Assembly (NCBI GenBank): GCA_964650315.1
Contig: CAZYQE010000001.1
Coordinates: 78,677-142,676 of the forward strand
DNA length: 64,000 bases
DNA from: an uncultured Muribaculaceae bacterium
Lineage (GTDB): Bacteria; Bacillota_I; Bacilli_A; RF39; UBA660
Direction of reading: 5' to 3'
In this document: positions 59,574 through 64,000 of the stretch, one piece after another
How the letters are laid out: every line of letters begins with the position of its first letter
Numbering within the stretch: the first letter of the stretch is position 1
The notes under the pieces: model-generated
What the model was told of the DNA's origin: nothing
Database searches by the model: none
Seen by the model: only the letters and a program-made list of their open reading frames with translations
Translations under genes and position numbers: made by a program

Positions 59574-60659
59574 ATGAAAAAATATGATAAAGTCTTATTT
59601 TTATCAGTAATATTAATATCTATATTTGGGCTTATTATGATATATTCAGCTTCTAGTATATGGGCTAATTATAAATTTCATGATAGTTTTCATTATTTAA
59701 AATATCAATTTATTTTTTTAATACTTGGAATTATTATAATGATATTTATATCTAAAATAGATTATAAGTTTTATTATAAAAACTCTAATAAGATATTACT
59801 TATATGTTTTATACTTTTAATATTAGTATTAATACCAGGTATAGGAAGTATTAGAAATGGTAGTAGAAGTTGGTTTGGTATAGGTCCATTAGGAGTACAA
59901 CCTAGTGAAGCAGCTAAGCTAGGTATGATTATATTTACTAGTAAATATTTAACTAATAGTAATAAATTTCTTAAAAGTTATAAAAAGGGTGTATTCCCAA
60001 TATTAGGTATATTATTAATATTATTTGGTCTTATTATGTTACAACCTGATCTAGGTACAGGAGTTATCTTAGTATTATCAATTATACTCTTATTATTTAT
60101 TGCTGGTGTAAATATGAAATTCTTTTTTGGTATTGGAATAATAGGCCTTATTGGAATAATACTTCTAATTATAATTGCTCCTTATAGAATGGATAGAATA
60201 ACTTCATTTATAGATCCTTGGAATGATCCTTTAGGTACTGGTTTTCAAATAATACAGAGTTTATATGCAATTGGTCCAGGAGGACTTCTAGGTAATGGAT
60301 TTTCTAATTCTATACAAAAACAATTCTATTTACCAGAACCACAAACAGATTTTATATTCTCAATTATTTCAGAAGAATTTGGAGTAGTAGGTTCATTTAT
60401 AGTAGTAGGATTATTTTCTCTTATACTTTATCGTGGTATAAAAATAGCTCTTAATACAAAAGATAGTTTTTCTAAATATTTAGCATTTGGTTTAATTTTT
60501 CAAATAATATTTCAAACTCTTATGAACTTAATGGTAGTAATAGGTTTAATCCCAGTAACAGGAGTAACTTTACCATTCATTTCTTATGGTGGAAGTTCAC
60601 TACTTATTAGTATGGTATCTATGGGAATACTTTTAAATATTAGTAGAAATAATATATAA
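59574..60659 (+). CDS. spoVE: SEDS protein, SpoVE-type
   Basis: QPSEAAK, DPWNDPLGTGFQIIQSLYAIGPGG, LPEPQTDFIF; dcw position after mraY; second SEDS paralog in the window. Confidence 0.8.
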   Translation: MKKYDKVLFLSVILISIFGLIMIYSASSIWANYKFHDSFHYLKYQFIFLILGIIIMIFISKIDYKFYYKNSNKILLICFILLILVLIPGIGSIRNGSRSWFGIGPLGVQPSEAAKLGMIIFTSKYLTNSNKFLKSYKKGVFPILGILLILFGLIMLQPDLGTGVILVLSIILLLFIAGVNMKFFFGIGIIGLIGIILLIIIAPYRMDRITSFIDPWNDPLGTGFQIIQSLYAIGPGGLLGNGFSNSIQKQFYLPEPQTDFIFSIISEEFGVVGSFIVVGLFSLILYRGIKIALNTKDSFSKYLAFGLIFQIIFQTLMNLMVVIGLIPVTGVTLPFISYGGSSLLISMVSMGILLNISRNNI

Positions 60660-60706
60660 TTTTTATAAATAATATGATAAAATAATATTACTAAAGAGGT
60701 GGTATT

Positions 60707-61195
60707 ATGAAAAGAGTAGATAAAACTAATTACTACTTAGATATCGCAGAAGCAGTATTAGAAAGAGGTACATGTTTAAGAAGAAATTTTGGGGCTATTA
60801 TAGTTAAGAATGATGAGATTATTTCTACTGGGTATGTTGGTGCGCCCCGTGGTAGAAAGAATTGTTGTGACCTAAAATATTGTACTAGAGAAAAACTTAA
60901 TGTCCCTCGTGGAGAAAGATATGAATTATGTAGAAGTGTACATGCAGAACAAAATGCTATTATAAGCGCAGATAGAAAGAGTATGATAGGTTCTACATTA
61001 TATTTAGTAGGTAAGAATTATAAAGATGATAAATATGTAGAAAAAGCAAGGCCATGTGCTTTATGTAAAAAAATGATTATTAATGCTGGAATTAAAGAAG
61101 TTATAGTTAGAGATACTAAAACTAAATATACTAAAATATTAGTTGAAGATTTTATTAAGAATGATGAAAGTTTAGATAAAGTATTAGGTTATTAA
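60707..61195 (+). CDS. dCMP deaminase / ComEB family protein
   Basis: TCLRR, VHAEQNA, PCALC. Confidence 0.9.
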   Translation: MKRVDKTNYYLDIAEAVLERGTCLRRNFGAIIVKNDEIISTGYVGAPRGRKNCCDLKYCTREKLNVPRGERYELCRSVHAEQNAIISADRKSMIGSTLYLVGKNYKDDKYVEKARPCALCKKMIINAGIKEVIVRDTKTKYTKILVEDFIKNDESLDKVLGY

Positions 61196-61269
61196 TACTT
61201 TACACTAAATTGTTTCTAACTTCTTGACTAATATGGGATAAACATATTATCATTATTAAGAGGTGTATT

Positions 61270-61839
61270 ATGTATAAGAATTATAAAAAGATGATTATTA
61301 AAAATGTTATTATATTTGCATTAATTATTTTATTAGCAGTATTTGCGACATATAAAATATATTATAAATTTCAAAACGAAAGAAAAGTTGATTATAACTC
61401 TGAATCATTAGAAGTTATTTTCCATGAAGATAATGGAGATAGAGTTACTTTATATAAAATAACTCCAGTAACTGATTCAGTAGGTTTATCATCAGAATCA
61501 TATGAATTTACTGTTAAAAATAATTTAACAAAACCAGTAAATTATGTAATTAAATTGGTTGATGATAAAAAAACTATAGCGCAAGATAAATGTAAAGATA
61601 GATTGATTCCTAAAGATATTATTAAAGTATCTTTAAAAGATGGAAAAAATAATAAAATATATAATTTAAATGAATTAGAGAATAATACTTTAAAATTAAC
61701 TAAAATAAAAGCTTTAGGAGAAAAAAAATATATAATAAGAGTATGGACTAAAGAAGATTCTAAATCTGAAAGAGATGTTCATTATCACGGTAAAATTCAA
61801 ATAGTAGAAGATAATAGTGATATTGCTAAAGCTAAATAG
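61270..61839 (+). CDS. Exported TasA/camelysin-like beta-sandwich protein
   Basis: TM ending FATYKIY; PVTDSVGL..YEFTVKN..Y.I.L; YIIRVW; YHGKIQI. Confidence 0.55.
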   Translation: MYKNYKKMIIKNVIIFALIILLAVFATYKIYYKFQNERKVDYNSESLEVIFHEDNGDRVTLYKITPVTDSVGLSSESYEFTVKNNLTKPVNYVIKLVDDKKTIAQDKCKDRLIPKDIIKVSLKDGKNNKIYNLNELENNTLKLTKIKALGEKKYIIRVWTKEDSKSERDVHYHGKIQIVEDNSDIAKAK

Positions 61840-61848
61840 GAGGTTATT

Positions 61849-62316
61849 ATGGATATAGATTTAACTCTATTACATAGTAAAACAGAAGAAGAAATATCTA
61901 TTACAGGAATTTATAACATACCAGATGAATATATAGATAAAGACTTAGTTGTATCTGCTAATAATATTAATGTAGATGGTTATGTTTATTTAGATGAAGA
62001 AGATAATGATAAGATTAAATGTAGTATAAAAGGTAATATAGAGATAGAAGATTCTGTATCTTTAGATAAATTAGAATATCCTATTTCTATAGAATATGAT
62101 GATATAATAGAAGAAAATTGCAAAAAAAGTGAAAATATACTTGATATATTCGCGTTTTTGTGGGAAAATATTGTACTAGAGGTTCCCTTACACCTTACTG
62201 AAGTAGAAGATTTCAGTAAATATCAAGGGGATGGATGGAAATTAGTTGATGAAGATGAACTAAAAAATAATAATAATCCATTTAGTGATATATTAAAGGA
62301 TTTTAAAGAGGAGTGA
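61849..62316 (+). CDS. YceD/DUF177 family protein
   Basis: LWENIVLEVP, GDGW, NPF; directly upstream of rpmF. Confidence 0.85.
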   Translation: MDIDLTLLHSKTEEEISITGIYNIPDEYIDKDLVVSANNINVDGYVYLDEEDNDKIKCSIKGNIEIEDSVSLDKLEYPISIEYDDIIEENCKKSENILDIFAFLWENIVLEVPLHLTEVEDFSKYQGDGWKLVDEDELKNNNNPFSDILKDFKEE

Positions 62317-62322
62317 TAATAT

Positions 62323-62532
62323 ATGATGAACTTAGATATTCAAATGTTCGCTGTTCCTGCTCGTAAAGTTTCAAAAACAAGAAAAAGAATGAGAAGAGCA
62401 CATAACGCTAAGGATATTCCAGGAATGACTAAATGTCCAAGTTGTGGTGAAATGATTAAACCACATAGAGTATGTCCTAAGTGTGGAGCATACAAAGGTA
62501 AGAATGTAGTAGAAACTAAAGAAGCTGAATAA
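62323..62532 (+). CDS. rpmF: 50S ribosomal protein L32 with a 9-aa N-terminal extension
   Basis: [28 protein letters not shown]; SD GAGGAGTGA positions the start at ATG 62323 (or 62326). Confidence 0.96.
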   Translation: MMNLDIQMFAVPARKVSKTRKRMRRAHNAKDIPGMTKCPSCGEMIKPHRVCPKCGAYKGKNVVETKEAE

Positions 62533-62607
62533 GCTTTTTTTATTTTTACTTTAACTTTTTATAAAATTAGTGTAATATAAATATTAGATGATTAAGAAGG
62601 TGATTAG

Positions 62608-63906
62608 ATGAAAAATGTTACTATACTACCTGCAGATACTTATACTGTTATAAATAAAACAGTATTAAGTGATAATGATAAAAAACTTATTTCTATGTTA
62701 TATCAACCTATAATTGGATATGCTGCAGTATCACTTTATTTTACATTAATAGATGATTTAGATAAATTAGAAATAATGAGTAGTGATCTAACACATCATC
62801 ATTTAATGTCTACAATGCAATTAAGATTAGAAGATATAGTAATAGCTAGAGAAAAATTAGAAGCTTGTGGACTAATTAAAAGCTATGTAAAAAGCGATAA
62901 TATAAATCATTATGTATATCTAATATATTCACCATTATCTGCAAACGAATTCTTTAATCATCCAATATTAAATATAGTATTATATAATAATCTAGGTAAA
63001 AAAGAATATGATAAGATAGTAAATTATTATAAAGTACCTAGAGTTAATTTAAAAGATTATAAAGATATTACATCTAGTTTTGATGATGTATTTAAATCAG
63101 TACAAGGTAATATTCTAGAAATGAATAATGATATTACTAAAAGGGATTCTAATAATATTATTATTAATAAAGGAATAGACTTTAATATGTTAATATCAAG
63201 TATACCTAAATCTATGATTAGTGATAAATGCTTTAATAAAGATACTAAAGAATTAATAAATAATTTAAGTTTTGTATATGGATTAGATACTTTAACTATA
63301 CAAGGATTAATTAGAGACTCTATTAATGAAAAAGGTCTTATAGATAAAGTAGCTTTAAGAAAATCATGTCGTAATTACTATCAATTCCAAACTTCTGGTA
63401 ACTTACCTACATTAATTTATAATAAACAACCAGATTATTTAAAGAAACCAGAAGGAGATAGTTCTAAATGGGCAAAGATGGTTTATACATTTGAAAATTT
63501 AACTCCATATGAGTTCTTAAAAGCTAAATATAAGGGTGCTGAACCTACTACTAGAGATAAAAGATTAATAGAAAACTTACTTATAGATCAAAAACTAAAT
63601 CCTGGAGTAATTAATGTATTAATCGCATATGTTTTAAAAATAAATGATGAAAAGCTAAATAAAAGCTATGTAGAGACTATTGCAGGTCAATGGAAGAGAT
63701 TAAATATAGAGACAGTAGAAGATGCAATGAGAATAACAGAAAAAGAACATAAAAAGAATAAAAAACTAGTAGGTAAAAAGTCTAATAGAACAAAAAATAG
63801 TATTAAAAGTGATACACCTGCTTGGTTTGATAAAGAATTAGAAAAAAGTGACTTAACTGAAGAAGAAAGCGCAGAAATGGAAAAGGTTTTAGAAGAACTT
63901 GTTTAA
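62608..63906 (+). CDS. dnaB: Replication initiation/membrane attachment protein DnaB (Firmicute type)
   Basis: LYQPIIG..A.SLY, REKLEACGL, PLSANEFF, GVINVLI.YV, IAGQW. Confidence 0.9.
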   Translation: MKNVTILPADTYTVINKTVLSDNDKKLISMLYQPIIGYAAVSLYFTLIDDLDKLEIMSSDLTHHHLMSTMQLRLEDIVIAREKLEACGLIKSYVKSDNINHYVYLIYSPLSANEFFNHPILNIVLYNNLGKKEYDKIVNYYKVPRVNLKDYKDITSSFDDVFKSVQGNILEMNNDITKRDSNNIIINKGIDFNMLISSIPKSMISDKCFNKDTKELINNLSFVYGLDTLTIQGLIRDSINEKGLIDKVALRKSCRNYYQFQTSGNLPTLIYNKQPDYLKKPEGDSSKWAKMVYTFENLTPYEFLKAKYKGAEPTTRDKRLIENLLIDQKLNPGVINVLIAYVLKINDEKLNKSYVETIAGQWKRLNIETVEDAMRITEKEHKKNKKLVGKKSNRTKNSIKSDTPAWFDKELEKSDLTEEESAEMEKVLEELV

Positions 63907-64000
63907 TGTTTTAATATGTGCTAGAATAAGTTTGTTGCGTGTAAAATTTATGTCTAATTAAAAATATCTATCACGCAGTTTATTGAATCATATTGATATA

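Overview
This is a chromosomal window from a very AT-rich member of the Bacilli using genetic code 11. It combines Mollicute-like streamlining (978-aa short-arm SMC, ThrS without a TGS domain) with peptidoglycan, competence and endospore genes, which suggests the uncultured RF39-like gut lineage (inference). The core scaffold is polC, truB, rpsO, pnp, ylxY-like, smc, def, ftsW, comEA/EC, dnaI, a Thr T-box with thrS, a fragmented dcw cluster (mraZ-rsmH-ftsL-pbpB ... spoVD ... mraY-spoVE), mnmA, yceD-rpmF and dnaB. Single orphan genes, many with their own promoter, are interleaved throughout. I saw no tRNA, rRNA, CRISPR array, integrase or transposase. Best leads: (1) bL32 carries an L27-type Prp-protease leader ([12 protein letters not shown]). 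(2) A Clostridium-type SleC cortex hydrolase has its pro-region encoded as a separate, translationally coupled gene. (3) A G10 tract lies in a sigma-A promoter spacer, suggesting phase variation. (4) There is an unannotated type I toxin-antitoxin locus. (5) comEA can only start at ATT. (6) A Thr T-box has an unusual terminator and two orphan ORFs between it and thrS. (7) A TPR protein ends in a toxin-RNase-like domain. (8) Several unrelated orphans share leader and C-terminal tail motifs. All family calls come from motif recognition and memory; no database searches were run.
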